A stretch of 64,000 nt of DNA from Bugula neritina. Lineage: Eukaryota > Animalia > Bryozoa. Of this stretch, positions 1 through 18,100 are shown one piece after another. The notes beneath the pieces were generated by a model. The model ran no database searches and was not told the DNA's origin. It worked only from the letters and a program-made list of their open reading frames with translations. Positions within the stretch are counted from its first letter, which is position 1. The number at the start of each line of letters is the position of its first letter. The translations under genes were made by a program, and so were the position numbers. The stretch spans positions 2,852,001-2,916,000 of the forward strand of contig OZ037766.1 in the NCBI GenBank assembly GCA_964035545.1, read 5' to 3'.

Positions 1-360
1 ATGTAGACTTGCTATTACAAGCTAAAATATATACAGCAGAGAGGGTTGATAGTTCCCATGGCTTACATGCCATAAAATCTTTGCTAAATAGCTTATTTAC
101 TATTGTGAACAAAAGATTGGTAAACAGAAAGTTGGTATAATACTACCCTGTAGCTTGCACCACATAAAGGTAGACGGAGTGTACACTATTTAGGCAATCA
201 AATGTATGTAATAGAAAACCATTCAAAAACCCGGCTAATCAGAGTTCTGTACCAAAATCTGGTGGCTCATTACTAGCTGGCATATTGGAGAACAAGAGTT
301 CATACTAGTATAATAGAGAACAAATAAAGCTAAGAGTTATGTAACAACTGGCCTTCAGCT

Positions 361-593
361 GCAAAAGTGTACCAGGTCATTTTCGTAGACATACAATTTT
401 TAATTGCATTTTATACACACTTAATTTAATTGTTTTGAAAAATACATCAGAGATCATAAATTTAAGATATGAAATAAAGTAATGCACTTGAAAAAAGTTG
501 CACAACTGCTTTCTAGAAGCATGCATTTTGCAACTGAACTTGCAGAATTTTATATAAACTATAATAGTGGGATGTTGACCTGGTACACATTGC
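361..593. mobile_element. Small MITE-like element, about 230 bp, bounded by inverted repeats
   Basis: Perfect 13-bp inverted pair GTGTACCAGGTCA (367-379) / TGACCTGGTACAC (576-588), extending imperfectly outward (GCAA../..TTGC). AT-rich non-coding interior. No clear TSD. Confidence 0.45.
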
Positions 594-2699
594 TGATCGG
601 CTGACTTTTACATGGTTTTACACGTCAGCTGTTCGAGTTCTCCATAAACTTTTAGTAGTCAATTAAGTTTGCATAGCCTGGTTGGGCCCAGGCCGAGAAA
701 GGCAATAGTAAATAAGTTGAGTCTAACCTTTTGCCATTAATTTCAAATCACAAACTTACTTTAGGTGTTTATACATAAAAATATTCAAGCATTTAATGAG
801 CCACGGTTGTAAAAATCCTAAACTTCTTTTGCTGAGGCAGAACATTTTATTTATTAAGTTTCCTGTGTAACAGGTTAGCTACTTGACTAATACTACATGT
901 CTTACAGTTGCTAGCCTTTGCTAAGTCTAAACTAAATGGCTGTTTTTTCTTCAATATAGGAAAGAAAAATGTAAGTAGCTCCAAAAAAGTTAGGCAATCT
1001 AAAGACACCCATCATTAATTTAAATTTGCCATAGTTCTTGGCCTAATGTATTGGAATAGGAGGTTGTTAAAAGATTTTATTTTGTAAATTCTTACTTTGC
1101 CTGTCACTTAGTAAGGATAAGAGCAAATCCACTGTTAAGCTATTATACTAATTACCAAATACCCACAATGTCCACATCCATGTCTACTTTTTAGTTGAAT
1201 TGTTTAGAGGTATTACAGCTGCAAATATTTAGCCATTCTACAGTTAGCTAGTGTATTTGCTCCAACTGTGTTTACATGAGACATACTCAGGGTTTCCCCC
1301 AGCTTCTATTAATTGCATGCAACAAAATATTTCCAGCAAAATACATATTATTTATAAAAAGTACAATTTTCATTTTCTAACGCTTTTAAATATAGCTGTT
1401 CAGTAGGCAGTCTAAGTAGAATATATTGTTTGGCGTCTATATGGAGGGGGTTGTCTATTTGGAATTAAACTGAATTGTTACTCTTATAGAGACGGATGAC
1501 CAGTGTAACACTGGTGCTACGTGCCTTTTTCAAACTTTAAAACTATAATTTGCTGAATTGGTTTCCCTGTTTTGAAAGTTTTTCAAGTAAAATAATGCAG
1601 CTAGAAAAAGTATTGTTCGTGCAATGGGTGAATAACAAAATCTAAACTTCTTGCTAGTCATATAATTTGACTACCAACAAAAAGAGTAAGACGTGTATAA
1701 ATAGTTTTCAATAATATGTGTTAATAACTTTGAATTCATCATTTCTACTGATTCCCATTAGATTTATTGTGAATGAAACTTGGTGTAGGGCCTATCTTAT
1801 ATTCTACAGGGTCTAATATTTAATAGCAAAGGTAAGCTGCAAGCATTTCTTAATATTTCCTATTATAAAAGTCCGTGTTGTAGTGACAGCAGACAAGATC
1901 TCAGCTATTATGCTCTCAGTCAGTTGAAAAAGGTCTCTCATAGAGACTATAAACTCTGCGTGTACTGAGATAACACAAAATCAAGAAAAATAGAACAGCC
2001 AGCTTAAAAAATTTTTTTTTATTGTACAGTATTTGAGGGTAAACTCCTTCAAAAGAATTTATAAATATGAGAGTGCTTTTGAAGTTGCAGCCAAATAGGC
2101 TAATTATAGGATTTCTGTATAAGGTTCAAACTAAGGTACCCCTCTTAGCAGCCATTTTAGTAAATTAAAAACTTCTAAGCTTACTTAAGTTTCCTGATTA
2201 AAATTATTATGAAGATGCAAAGAAACTAGACCCAAAACTACAGAGGGTCTATTATCTTTTGCATAATTGTAGGGATGTGGGCTCCCTCTATAGACCTTAG
2301 TAGAAGTAATTGCAGGAACAGATAATTTTCTCTGTTACTAGCAGTATATGTATACGAGAAATTTTGTCAAAGCTGCTATTCTGACACTGGAAAGTTACAT
2401 TTCAGCTAAGTAAAGGTTGCTGGGAAACCATATAGTACTGTTAAACACTATAACTAAATTGTTAGAAAGAATGCCTGTTTCTACCAGAAGCAAAAATAAA
2501 AATTTGAGCAGCAAATTGGAGACAGCAAAAAGTATGTATCTTCTTAGGTTGATAATTTTTTTAATTTGAAAACGTGCTGCATATAACAAAAAAAAACTTC
2601 TAAAGCTGAAAGTCATAATTGCAGAGAAAGACATCAAATTGAAAATATGCAAATTAATAAACCTACTATGATACACATCAGACGCTGTGGACTGTGCTT

Positions 2700-5500
2700 G
2701 CTGATATAGGGCACACATAGTATACATCAACTCATATGGGGCAGATATAGTATACACAGGCTTATGGGGATCGCATACATGCAGCATATATGAGCTCATA
2801 AGGGGCACATATAACATATCTAGGCTCATAGCGGCACATAAATAGTATATGAGCTCAAAGATGGCACATAAAATATATACAAGTTCATAGGGGGCAGATA
2901 TAGATTATATAAGCTCATAGGGGGCAGATATAATATATATATATATAAGTTCATGGGGGGGCCGATGTAATATATATATAAGTTCATAGGGGGCAGATAT
3001 AATATATATATATAAGTTCATAGGGGGCAGATATAATATATAAGTTCATAGGGGGCACATAAAATATATATAAGTTCACAGGGGGCAGATATAGAATATA
3101 TAGGTTCATAGGGGGCAGATATAATATATATATATATGAGTTCATAGGGGGCAGATATAGAATATATAGGCTCATAGGGGGCAGATATAGAATATATAGG
3201 CTTATAGGGGGCAGATATAGAATATATAAGTTCATAGGGGGCAGATATAATATATAAGCTCATAGGGGGCAGATATACTATATATAAGCTCATAGGGGGC
3301 AGATATAGAATATATAGGCTCATAGGGGGCAGATATAGAATATATAGGCTCATAGGGGGCAGATATAGAATATATAAGCTCACAACAACTCAAATATAAT
3401 TTTTTAACAGAGATGCAGGCCAGATTTCTATACAAGTTCTACCTCAAGCCCTGGCACAATTATAATGTAGCAACTGAAATTATATTATTATCACTGTAAT
3501 TAAGTGTTTCCAACAGTGAAAGGGGGCACATAAAATATATATAAGTTCATAGGGGGCAGATATGGAATATATAGGTTCATAGGGAGCAGATATAGAATAT
3601 ATAAGTTCATAGGGGGCAGATATAATATATAAGTTCATAGGGGGCACATAAAATATATATAAGTTCACAGGGGGCAGATATAGAATATATAAGTTCATAG
3701 GGGGCAGATATAGATTTTATTAGTTCATAGGGGGCAGATATAGAATATATAGGCTCATAGGGGGCAGATATAGAATATATAAGTTCATAGGGGGCAGATA
3801 TAGAATATATAAGCTCATAGGGGGCAGATATAGAATATATAGGCTCATAGGGGGCAGATATAATATATATAAGTTCATAGGGGGCAGATATAGAACATAT
3901 AGGCTCATAGGGGGCAAATATAGAATATATAGGCTCATAGGGGGCAGATATAGAATATATAAGTTCATAGGGGGCAGATATAGAATATATAAGCTCATAG
4001 GGGGCAGATATAGAATATATAGGCTCATAGGGGGCAGATATAGAATATATAGGCTCATAGGGGGCAGATATAGAATTTATAAGTTCATAGGGAGCGGATA
4101 TAGAATATATAAGTTCATAGGGGGCAGATATAAAATATATAGGCTCATAGGGGGAAGATATAGAATATATAGGCTCATAGGGGGCAGATATAGAATATAT
4201 AGGCTCATAGGGGGCAGATATACTATATATAAGCTCACAACAACTCAAATATAATTTTTTAACAGAGATGCAGGCCAGATTTCTATACAAGTTCTACCTC
4301 AAGCCCTGGCACAATTATAATGTAGCAACTGAAATTATATTATTATCACTGTAATTAAGTGTTTCCAACAGTGAAAGGGGGCACATAAAATATATATAAG
4401 TTCATAGGGGGCAGATATGGAATATATAGGTTCATAGGGAGCAGATATAGAATATATAAGTTCATAGGGGGCAGATATAATATATAAGTTCATAGGGGGC
4501 ACATAAAATATATATAAGTTCACAGGGGGCAGATATAGAATATATAAGTTCATAGGGGGCAGATATAGATTTTATTAGTTCATAGGGGGCAGATATAGAA
4601 TATATAGGCTCATAGGGGGCAGATATAGAATATATAAGTTCATAGGGGGCAGATATAGAATATATAAGCTCATAGGGGGCAGATATAGAATATATAGGCT
4701 CATAGGGGGCAGATATAATATATATAAGTTCATAGGGGGCAGATATAGAACATATAGGCTCATAGGGGGCAAATATAGAATATATAGGCTCATAGGGGGC
4801 AGATATAGAATATATAAGTTCATAGGGGGCAGATATAGAATATATAAGCTCATAGGGGGCAGATATAGAATATATAGGCTCATAGGGGGCAGATATAGAA
4901 TATATAGGCTCATAGGGGGCAGATATAGAATTTATAAGTTCATAGGGAGCGGATATAGAATATATAAGTTCATAGGGGGCAGATATAAAATATATAGGCT
5001 CATAGGGGGAAGATATAGAATATATAGGCTCATAGGGGGCAGATATAGAATATATAGGCTCATAGGGGGCAGATATACTATATATAAGCTCACAACAACT
5101 CAAATATAACTTTTTAATAGAGATGCAGGCCAGATTTCTATACAAGTTCTACATTAAGCCCTGGCACAATTATAGCAACTGAAATTATATTATTATCAAT
5201 GTAATTAAGTGAAAAAAACGTTACATTAGTTTTCGGGAAGACAACTCCGTAATTTGATATTTTATAATACCATAGGGGGCTTTTTGTATATATATACAGA
5301 GCCCCCTCTGGTATTGGAAAATATCAAATTGTCCTTCTGTGAGCCTATTTTCAAAATAGTGTCTATATACCATAACAGACTGTTCTGAGTAATTTAAAAC
5401 ACTCAAACATGGTGCCCCCTATGAGCAGCCCCCTATGGGCATAGAGCCCCCTATGGATGTTATACATACCAAATTGACCACCTATGAACCCAAATATGAA
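2700..5500. repeat. 30-bp minisatellite (CATAGGGGGCAGATATAGAATATATAAGTT) with an 855-bp higher-order tandem duplication and inverted copies at the right end
   Basis: The unit is visible directly. A non-unit block starting CACAACAACTCAAATATAA recurs at 3381, 4236 and 5091 (period 855). Units are degenerate at 2700-2880, and reverse-orientation CCCCCTATG copies lie at about 5410-5490. Confidence 0.95.

Positions 5501-5502
<2 letters not shown>

Positions 5503-5553
<51 letters not shown>
5503..5553. repeat. (TA)n microsatellite, left flank of the TIR element
   Basis: Pure TA run immediately before CAGGGTTGGGG at 5554. Confidence 0.97.
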
Positions 5554-8497
<2,944 letters not shown>

Positions 8498-9120
8498 CAA
8501 GGCTCATGACTCCTAGAATCTATAATCAAGCTCAACCTCCAAACTTTTTGAAAACGAAACTTTCGTGTCTTCAGAGAACTCTTCCACAACCCAAGTACAA
8601 AGTAGTTTCAATTCTTTAAAAGTTGATTGTCAAGTATTTAATTATTTTTACAAAACTCTTCTGTAAAATTTAAACAAACACGGTTTAATTTTTTGTTATA
8701 AGCATTTTATTATAAATATAACAAATACAGACTTGTATATTTGCTACACATATTAATAAATTTACTCCCAAGTAATGCCATATAATACAATATTAGTAAT
8801 AATATTATATATATTATTGAAATACGGTTGTGTTACCCACAAAATTGATGCGGTTAACAATAATTGGACGGAAATATCAGCAATAACTTTATTATAATAA
8901 AAACATTCATGTAACTTTCTCGATTTTATATAATCAAAAGTTATGCAAAGAAAAAATTAAATCAGGCACTAATAATAAAAAGATGCAGTAACGGAAATCT
9001 TTCCTGAAATAAAAGCAATATATTAGAAAAAATATCATACTTCATGTGTTTAGATTATTGTAAGTTTGAGCATAGCATACAATATCAGTGTTAGTTCTTC
9101 GATAAAAAAGAGGTCAGATC

Positions 9121-12100
9121 TTAAAACGTGGCGTACGGTGCCAGAATTCCAAACCCATCCTGAAACAGTACAGCTATGATCAGAGGAAAGACAACTCAAT
9201 AATGCATGGAGCGAGTATGATTGTTAACACATTCTCAACAGTATCTCAAGTATTACTCAAGACATTCTCTCGAGTATTACTCAGGATATGCTCTCTAGTA
9301 TTACTACAAACACACTTTCAAGGATTACTCGGGACATATTCTCAAGTATTACTCAAGACATTCTCTCTAGTATTACTCAAAACACACTCTTAAGTGTTAC
9401 TCATGACAAACATCTGGATGACGATAAAAGGGTGACACCAATGACTGCATTATCTTCAACGAAAAAATAATTGGACTGCATTTGGCACTCAAGGCAGTCA
9501 GTTTGCCAAAGTTGTGTTGTTAAAGAATAAGCAATCATACTCACGGATGGTTTGAATATGCGTCTATCTTCCCCTAGTTGGAAATTGTTTTCATGACTAC
9601 TGAGTTGCTTGGGTACTCTAGGGGCTGCTTGAGGCTAAACAAAGAGGTACACATACAGACATGCACACAGACAGACAGCTGTGTAGACAAACAGACAGAC
9701 AGCTGTGTAGACAAACAGACAGACAGCGGTGTAGACAAACAGACAGACAACGGTGTAGACAAACAGACAGACAACGGTGTAGACAAACAGACAGACAGAT
9801 GTGGAAAAACAGCTATCAGTAGTCTGCATGAGAAAGTTGTCTACTCACAATATTCTTAGGATCTGGATAGTGGAGTGCTTTATCTAGCTTAGTCTTCTTA
9901 AAACTAGCATTTGTTGCAATTGGGGCACCGCCTCCTGGCCTTCCCCACAAATCTGTCCAGTTTTGACTGTGCTGCAAACAGGAAATTAAAACCTGGCTGA
10001 AAAAATGTTATGCATTTTGCGTTAAACAAATGAATGTAAGTTTATATTTTAAACTGTATTCAAAATAGATAAATAGATTGACAACCAAAACTAAATGTAT
10101 AAATTTGAATTAGAAATGCAGAACTATTTAAAATTATTCAAGAGAGGATAACTCCATTTTTATTGTAAATATTGTGGCACTCTAAAATAATACACTAGCA
10201 ACTAGTGCTAATAATACATACAAACTGTAGTACCAATAACTCACACTAGAAACTAGTACTAAAAACTCACACTAAAAACTAGTACTACTCACTAGCAACT
10301 AGCACTACTCACTAGCTAGCCCCAACATACATAGTAATACCATATAGTGCAAAGAGTCGCCTACCTTGGTTTCCTCTTGCAGGTCCAACTCCTTCTCCCG
10401 CTGCCTCTGCTTGTGTCTCTGCTCTGCCAGCTGACTCAACTCCTCATAGTACTCTCTAGGATTGCTGCCGCTACTGTTATTCTCACCGTGCTGTCAAAAA
10501 GAGCAACAAACCAGTTTAGTAAATGTTAGAAAACAGTGTAAAAGTCTGAGATCAATACAGTTGCAATATAATTGGATTTACTTGTCATGTAAAACCAAAT
10601 ACATTCGAGTCAAGCAGAAGCTGGAAAGTTACAGAAAGTCACTTGTTTATTAAAGCCATTAACATGCATTAAAGGATTGCTCAATCTTAGTTTATTACAA
10701 TCACATTATAATTATGAACTATAATCTAATGTGTATGCAAACAATTGTGACTTTGCAAAGGGATATGTGCCTAGAAAACAGCTTTTCAAAATTCCAATTT
10801 TGAGGGAGGTAAAATTTTCAGCCATGAAAAAGAATAGCCCAATACGTGACGTGTGAACGCCAGTAACTATGCTGCACGTGCTAACTATAACGCTAGTATT
10901 CAAGGTTGCTGAGCACAACATTAACCAATAACGGTCAAGCAGTTACAGTGCGCTATATAGGTCAGCTTTGGTGTGCCCGTAATATTGCACAATCTGACCT
11001 AGTTTAGATCGATCGCAGGCATTCATCCTAAAGAATGCATGTTTTTGCAATGCTTTTTTCTAATGTTTACAAGCAAAATATGGCCTAATGTTATTACATA
11101 CATGTTATTTAAAATGTCAAAAAACTATAGATTGAGATAATTCACATTTGCACTTCTATAAATATACAAATTACGAGCTGAAAGATCACATCTCACAGTC
11201 ATATTTCTATAGTTATTCATTTGTATAGTCACGTGACCAGCAGGAATGCTAGCGCTGTTACGTCACATTTCCCAGCTCATTTTAAAATCGGCGTTTTGGC
11301 TGTTACCAATCTACACCCTCAACTTCAACTAACTTTTTCTACTTTTGGTCAAATGATTTTTGTCAATGCATGCTTAGAAAAACACAATATTATGCGTGTT
11401 TGACCTAAATGGCAATTTATTAGACAAGATAGAGCAATCCTTTAAGGCAAGAAACATGAACTCCATGTAAGGGATAAAGCATTGCCAAAGTTACACATAA
11501 TAAGTGTTTTTAGCATTAACAGAAGATTGGGTGATGAACCAGTACTTTGGAGGTAATTGCAGGTTTCACCTGTCCAGATGTGGTTAGAAACAGACAGTTA
11601 TGCTGGTATTAGAAAGAAAAGTCTTTTAAAAATGAAGTGAAAACTTTGTTTCAAAAATATGTAATCTAAACTCCTCTTGATTTCAATTTTATCTGAAAAC
11701 TGTTGGCCCTCACAAACATGAGAAAAAATATGTTTCTGTGAATACAGGTTTTCTGGCTTAATCTTATTAAAAGTGATAGTTTTATCACTGCTATAATAGC
11801 CTATAGTGTGCATGAACCCCTGATATTAACTTAACCAGCAACAAACAGCAAAAAGAGAGAGACAACAGTACACAGGAAATGGTTCAGAAAAAGTGAAGAA
11901 AGTCGTTAGTAAACAAAAGAGACAGTTACATATTGAAATCAGTTCAAAATATAATTAGGTTTTGTGGATCCACTCTAACACTACTCACAACTCCAGCGTG
12001 ACGGTGATGGCCAAAAGTAGAAACACCCATCTGAAACAAACAGCTACTCTACACAGAAACAACATATATGTGCACATCTAAATCTCAGTAAAACACCTGC

Positions 12101-15100
12101 TTATATGTATTCAGTAGGAGATAAGGTGACCCAGCACCTTTGGTATATAGCGTTAGAAAGTTCATGACTTACTAATTCTAACCAGCATAATGCTTGATGC
12201 CGGTAAAAGTAATTTCTACAAACCATTCTAACAAGCGTGGTATGTAAACTGTTATTACAATCTTATGTTATTAAGGTATTGCTTCATCTGCCTTTACGTA
12301 ACTCTATTTATCAAATGTAACTTCTAATGTGATTGCATTTATACTGCATAGATTAATTAAATTTCGAACTTTCTAAGGATGTAAACCAAAACTAGGTGGA
12401 AGATGACCTTCACCTTTTCAAATAAACTTGGTGACTAATCTGAGACTTGATGAAATAATATGGCTCTGAGGCTACAGACTTATAGACTAGTTACTACAGT
12501 CACAGTCACTAGCACTTGTGACTATGTCAGTTATACTTGTGACTATAATGACTACTAACTACAACTACAACTACAACTACTAGCTAAACATCTAATAAAA
12601 TTACTAAATGTGTAACGGAAAAACTTCTACACTTAAATCTCATGGATTGATTTTAAAAATAGTTTTACAAACTAACTTTTAAATAGTGAAAGCTATTATG
12701 AATAAAATGATTATTCAAATAATATGACTACAGTTGTAACAACAATAAGGTAACACTTCATATACACACAATACATAGTAACAACGATGCATGAGTCTCA
12801 AAAAATAAAAGTATAATCAGCAACCAGCCACAAGCTTCAATTTATTTCTGTGGTTACCCATCGTATGGAGTTTCCCAGAAAAAGGTCGTGTACATTCGTA
12901 CCCTACATTATATACTGGAAATACCAACATTCGTCCCCTACATTATATACTGGAAATACCAACATTCATACCCTACATTATATACTGGAAATACCTACAC
13001 TCCTACTTTACATTGAAATTCAGTAAAATTACAACACATTTTAAAAGCTTAACTGTAAATAAATCACTCTGCTATAATTACTATCATTCATATACCGAGA
13101 AATAATTTATTTAAATTAACTATTTTAGCAATAATAAAATACTAAATTTTTCAATTTTAAACTAACTAGACCATATGTGTAACTGTCATGGTCATCTACT
13201 TTATTTTGAAGGTATGAGCTATATAGCTTTTAAAATTGATTGCTTCCAGCATCAGGAGGAGAAAATTGACAAACAATACCTTGTGTTTGGTGACGTCAGA
13301 TGTAGCTTTATGCTGTGCAATGATATGCCCTGTGGTCGGGTCTCTCTGTGGGAACCCGACTTTTCCTTGTCTCACAACTGAGGCTAACTCTCCAAACTAT
13401 TTAATTAAATTTAGTAAAAAATTAAATAATTCTAAATCAATATTTATAGTGAAGTCAATTTTAACTTTATTTATACATTTTACATAATACTATTATGTAT
13501 ATAGTTTATTATATGCACTTTTATACTACATTTATAAACAATATGGCCATGCCATACAATATATTACTTTATACTATTATATACATGTTATATGATGTAC
13601 ATATACTATTATATTATATTACATGTATTACTATAATATAATATTTATTATTGTAGACTATACCGGTGCCAGCTGGTCTGCTCTCTCTAATTCTCGAGCT
13701 TTTCTCTGGTGATTCATGTCTTTTTCTGTCAACATCATAGAGTTTTAAAAATAGCTACATCAGTCATAATTACAACCAATATAATACAATAAACCAACAA
13801 CATCTACATATACATACATACAGGTAAATAGTTGCATAAACCTGCATACAGGCATGTACACTTGCGTTAGATAGCAGGTTAATCGTGTTGATTTGGGAAA
13901 CATTTGCTACCTGGCAACACTGGATTGAATTTAGGTCGACTTTTGATTTGTCATACAAATGAACAGAGATTACAAAATGACTGGAAATTCAGAAAACTCA
14001 AATAAAAAGAGTCAAAATTTATATATAAGGCAAAAACCGACTACCCGAGACTTATGACTCACTCAGTTCTACCAGATATTTGTCGGCAGCTTCCCTTCGT
14101 TTATTGGCATCCTCCATTGTGTCGAGTTCCTTGCTGAAATCAACGCCCCGCCTCTGGGGAGCCACCCGCCCGTCATCGCTCATCATCGGGGCTCCACCCC
14201 CGGGCTTACCGAATGGGAAGTAAGTAGTGGGTGATTCTGTTGACATACTTTTAAATGGGTCAAAAGTTCCTTCCTCCAAGTTCACGTCTGTCAGAAGATC
14301 AGCAAGAATAGAAGATACCAGATGAAACATAACTACTCTTAAGTGAGTAGCAAAACAAGTTTTAAATTTGGTGCTGAAACATCAATCTTGTAACTCAAAC
14401 AAAATATTCATCATTATAGTAGTAAATTGTGTTTAAGTACACATTCCTTAGTGCAAGTACAAGTAGAATACGTAGTAATACACATATCAAATAAGTTATA
14501 AGATGGAAAATAGATTTTAGGTGTGCAGCTCATAGGTGAATTAAATGTTCCGGAAAGTTCACAGTTTATGAGAGGCAGCTTTGTATATTCCGATGTTGAT
14601 AGCTACATAAATCTGCCCTTATGACTATGACCAGAGTGTACATGGTAATATGAACAATATTCTATTTTCAACTGAAACTACCCAAAAAACCCTAGACTTA
14701 CTTCCATAAATGTCTCTTTTCATAGTAGTAGGGAAACGTGTCTTGACATTGCCGCTCTTAGTCTTAGCTGGAGCTCCGCCACCACCATAGTAACTCATAG
14801 TATCTAAGCCCACACCATTGTTCTGCTCCATCAGTGCATTCTGGGAGAAGTAAGCAACACAGTAAGTATTTTTGAGAACATTTTCAGCATGCCATAGTAT
14901 CCTATTCTCAGGGTATATGATATTCTACTGGGAGAGGGAGGGAGTGTTTGAGAGATTTAGGTGGGTTTGGGGTTTGGTATCCTATCACCAAGAAAGTTTA
15001 TTAGAATTTAATAAGTATAGTTGCTATACAAGTCTACATTTACACACAAGTGATATAAAGTAAATACTTGATAAAATAACTTGCATCATAAGCTATTCTC

Positions 15101-18100
15101 AAAAACTTGAATATAGTACAAGACAGGCAGTGGGGTAACAGCAGTTACCTTTCATATGATAAACTGGGTTTTCTTGAACTATAGCCTGGTTCACATACAT
15201 ATAGAGATAAGAATGAAGCAATACTGTTTGCATGCAGTGTAGAATATTCAGCACTCAGCAGTGAATGTAAACCTCTAAAGTGTATATTTTAATCTAATCA
15301 GGGCAAACGTTAGCTACCAGCTGCTGATCTTCTATGCAAAAACATTTCTGTAGCTAAACAGTAGGACTGATGCTATGAAATAGCTTACAGTGCTGATTCG
15401 ATCTGCCTCGCTGTCCAGCTGAGGAACGATGCCGCGCTCTCTTATAGCTGCCTTCTTCCTCTGCACATAGCCGTCTGCTTCTCGTCTCGGGTTACCTTGA
15501 CCTTTGCCCCAGGGGTCAAAAAACTCGAAAGTCTAAAACAAACAACACCCTACATAGACTATCTAACAACTAGTTATCAAGGAGTACCAATAAAAAACCC
15601 AAAATTCTAAAGCAAAAAGACTTTCTTATACATTAAATTGTTGTATTATAGCATTGTTACTATACAAGCTTTCAGAGAAAAAGCTATGAAAAGTTTCCAG
15701 TTAAAAGAGTGGTGACTGGTGACATAAACTGCCTAACAGCTGGTTATCCATAAATTTCCATAAAATAATTATACAATAATATTCAGTTCAAAAATTAAGT
15801 CAAACACTTAAGGCCAATGATAAGCAAGATAAAGTTACAATTATGTATAAGTTTAAAGATTTATAAAATGTATGTAGAAAAGATCAATGCTGAAAAATAA
15901 TCAGACTAACAAAAGATGCACCGAAAATGATAGCATAAATTATCATAAGTTAGTTGTTCAAATCTATATTAAATCTGTGCATAATTTCACCTGATTTTTG
16001 GCTCTATCAGCTCGAACCTGAAATAGCAAACAACAGTTTAATAGTAAAACAAACTGTATCACTAAAACTTGGGTCAGAATTTTATGCGAGTTAAAAAGGC
16101 AGTCATTAGATACATAGCTCACAAGTATTGGAAAAATTTAGGCCAAGTTTTTTATAACTCGTAAGATTAAAGATGCTATTTATATGATACTATTATCTAC
16201 ATAAGCACATGTGTTACATATCCTTACGAAATAAATAACTATGCAGTTCATTTTAGATTCTATTCTTTGATTATTTCTATTTAAAAAGCCATAAGGCTCT
16301 TCAACTACTCTGGCAAAAAACCCTTTAATTTTTTTCATTTAAAAACCCACTGAAAGTTATGTTCCAAAAAGAATTTTCAAATGTTATGTTTAATAAGATA
16401 AAGTTTAAAAAAAGGTATAACAGCTGAAATAGATAAGCTTGGTATAAAATAAAACAGTTATAGCCCAATGAATATAAAAACCATATATAAACTATGCCTG
16501 TAGCCCATACGCACAAGCTAAACTGTAGAAAGCTCAGAAAAACAAGCCTTACAATTTTTGTCACTTTTAGTCATAAATTAAAGCCAACGTACCATTCTGA
16601 GCTCTTGTCTGTAAGAGTCAATCTTAGCTTGAGATTCTTGAAGAGATCTGGGCGAAAGGTTTTCTACAGCCAAAGATACAAGAGTTACCCAGTACTACTA
16701 TCTATTAGTGAGTTAGTAATAAACAGCTGCTAGTCTAGCCTTCTCTCTTGCCCAGCAGTACCTACTATCTAGTCCAATACCCCAGTGTACAGCATATAGA
16801 TTTCCTCTCTACATTTCATTGAACAGAAGGAATGGCCGATAGCGACCACTTAGCAACGAGTAAATATTAGCACTGATGTTCCCCTGCCTTACATTGTTCT
16901 GTATTGTTAGCCAATTTAGATATATCAAATCATACTCTTTGTATTGCCTTGTGTTTTTATCTCTAGTACAACCTACTAGTAAATGTTATATCACTGAAAT
17001 CAATAACATGATAAACAATCATAAAGAGCACAAAAATAATGTCTATATAAAAGAAATAACTGAATAATTAGTTTATAGTGATATTAAATACAACCTGGTA
17101 TTAGATATAATATACACTTATTAGCTTATCCCGACTTTAATGTTAGTTTAAATTATTTCTATTCCTAATAAAAGATACATTGTGAATGGATCAGAAGTTA
17201 TAACCTAATAATCCACACTACACATGGTAGTGCCTCTAGCAAGAAGTGAATAACCATAATATTGATAGAGTGTAGAAGTCAATGATAGGTTCACTAAATC
17301 AGGAGATGTCAATGCCCATTGCCTTCAGCTACTAATTTAATTTCATTGGTCATTAATTATCAAATTGATCATTACACACTGAAGGTTATCAGTTTATTCC
17401 ACCCAACAAACAATAACTTTTGTTTCTCGAAATTTTCAAGTTTTCGCTTGAGTTTTGGAAAAAATAAAATTTTGTTATTGGCTGCTAGTCTAAAATTGCT
17501 TTAAAAAATTGTTTCAGATTTTTATCAGATGCAGAAAGGCATATTATCGGTCAAAATTTGAAAACTTTTTCCTGAAGCAAACTGCAACTGACAAATCAAT
17601 CTGGTTAGTAGTATCCTGGACTCCATTTCTAAAGATTAGTTAGCCAATGTAAGTGCGATAGGACATAACAATATGAGAGAAGACAATTTGCAATTCCATA
17701 AGTATTTTGCAGCCTAATTTTTATCACAACTAATTATTAGAAATTATTGAATAAAAATTAAAGTCTTCAATAACTTCATAACTTCTACAAAAGCATTTAG
17801 CAAACATAGACTGCTTACCTATTCACATATATACTTACATCTGCAAAACTTACACATACATACTTACATACTTATACCAACAAATGTACATCTACACAGC
17901 TACATCTACATACTATACACTTACACAGCTACACCTACATACTATACACCTACACAGCTACACCTACATACTATACACTTACACATACGCAGCTACACCT
18001 ACATACTATACACTTACACATACGCAGCTACAACTACATACTATATACTTACACCTAAACATACACACCTACAAACTTACACATCTACATATTTATATCC

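Noticed and set aside
2984-5145. Long minus-strand ORFs (SISAPYEPIY / LYLPPM repeats) and a superficially CRISPR-like repeat-spacer look
   Set aside because: They are translations of a 30-bp minisatellite open in several frames. Units are contiguous, the interrupting blocks are identical rather than unique spacers, there are no cas genes, and the context is eukaryotic.
15149-15185. Possible 37-nt exon (AIVQENPVYHMK) in the minus-strand gene
   Set aside because: It would shift frame between two exons that already join in phase 0.
17839-17840. Apparent 2-nt micro-exon (TTTTGCAG|AT|GTAAGT on the minus strand)
   Set aside because: It lies in a low-complexity repeat, and phase is already restored by the 71-nt exon 16593-16663.
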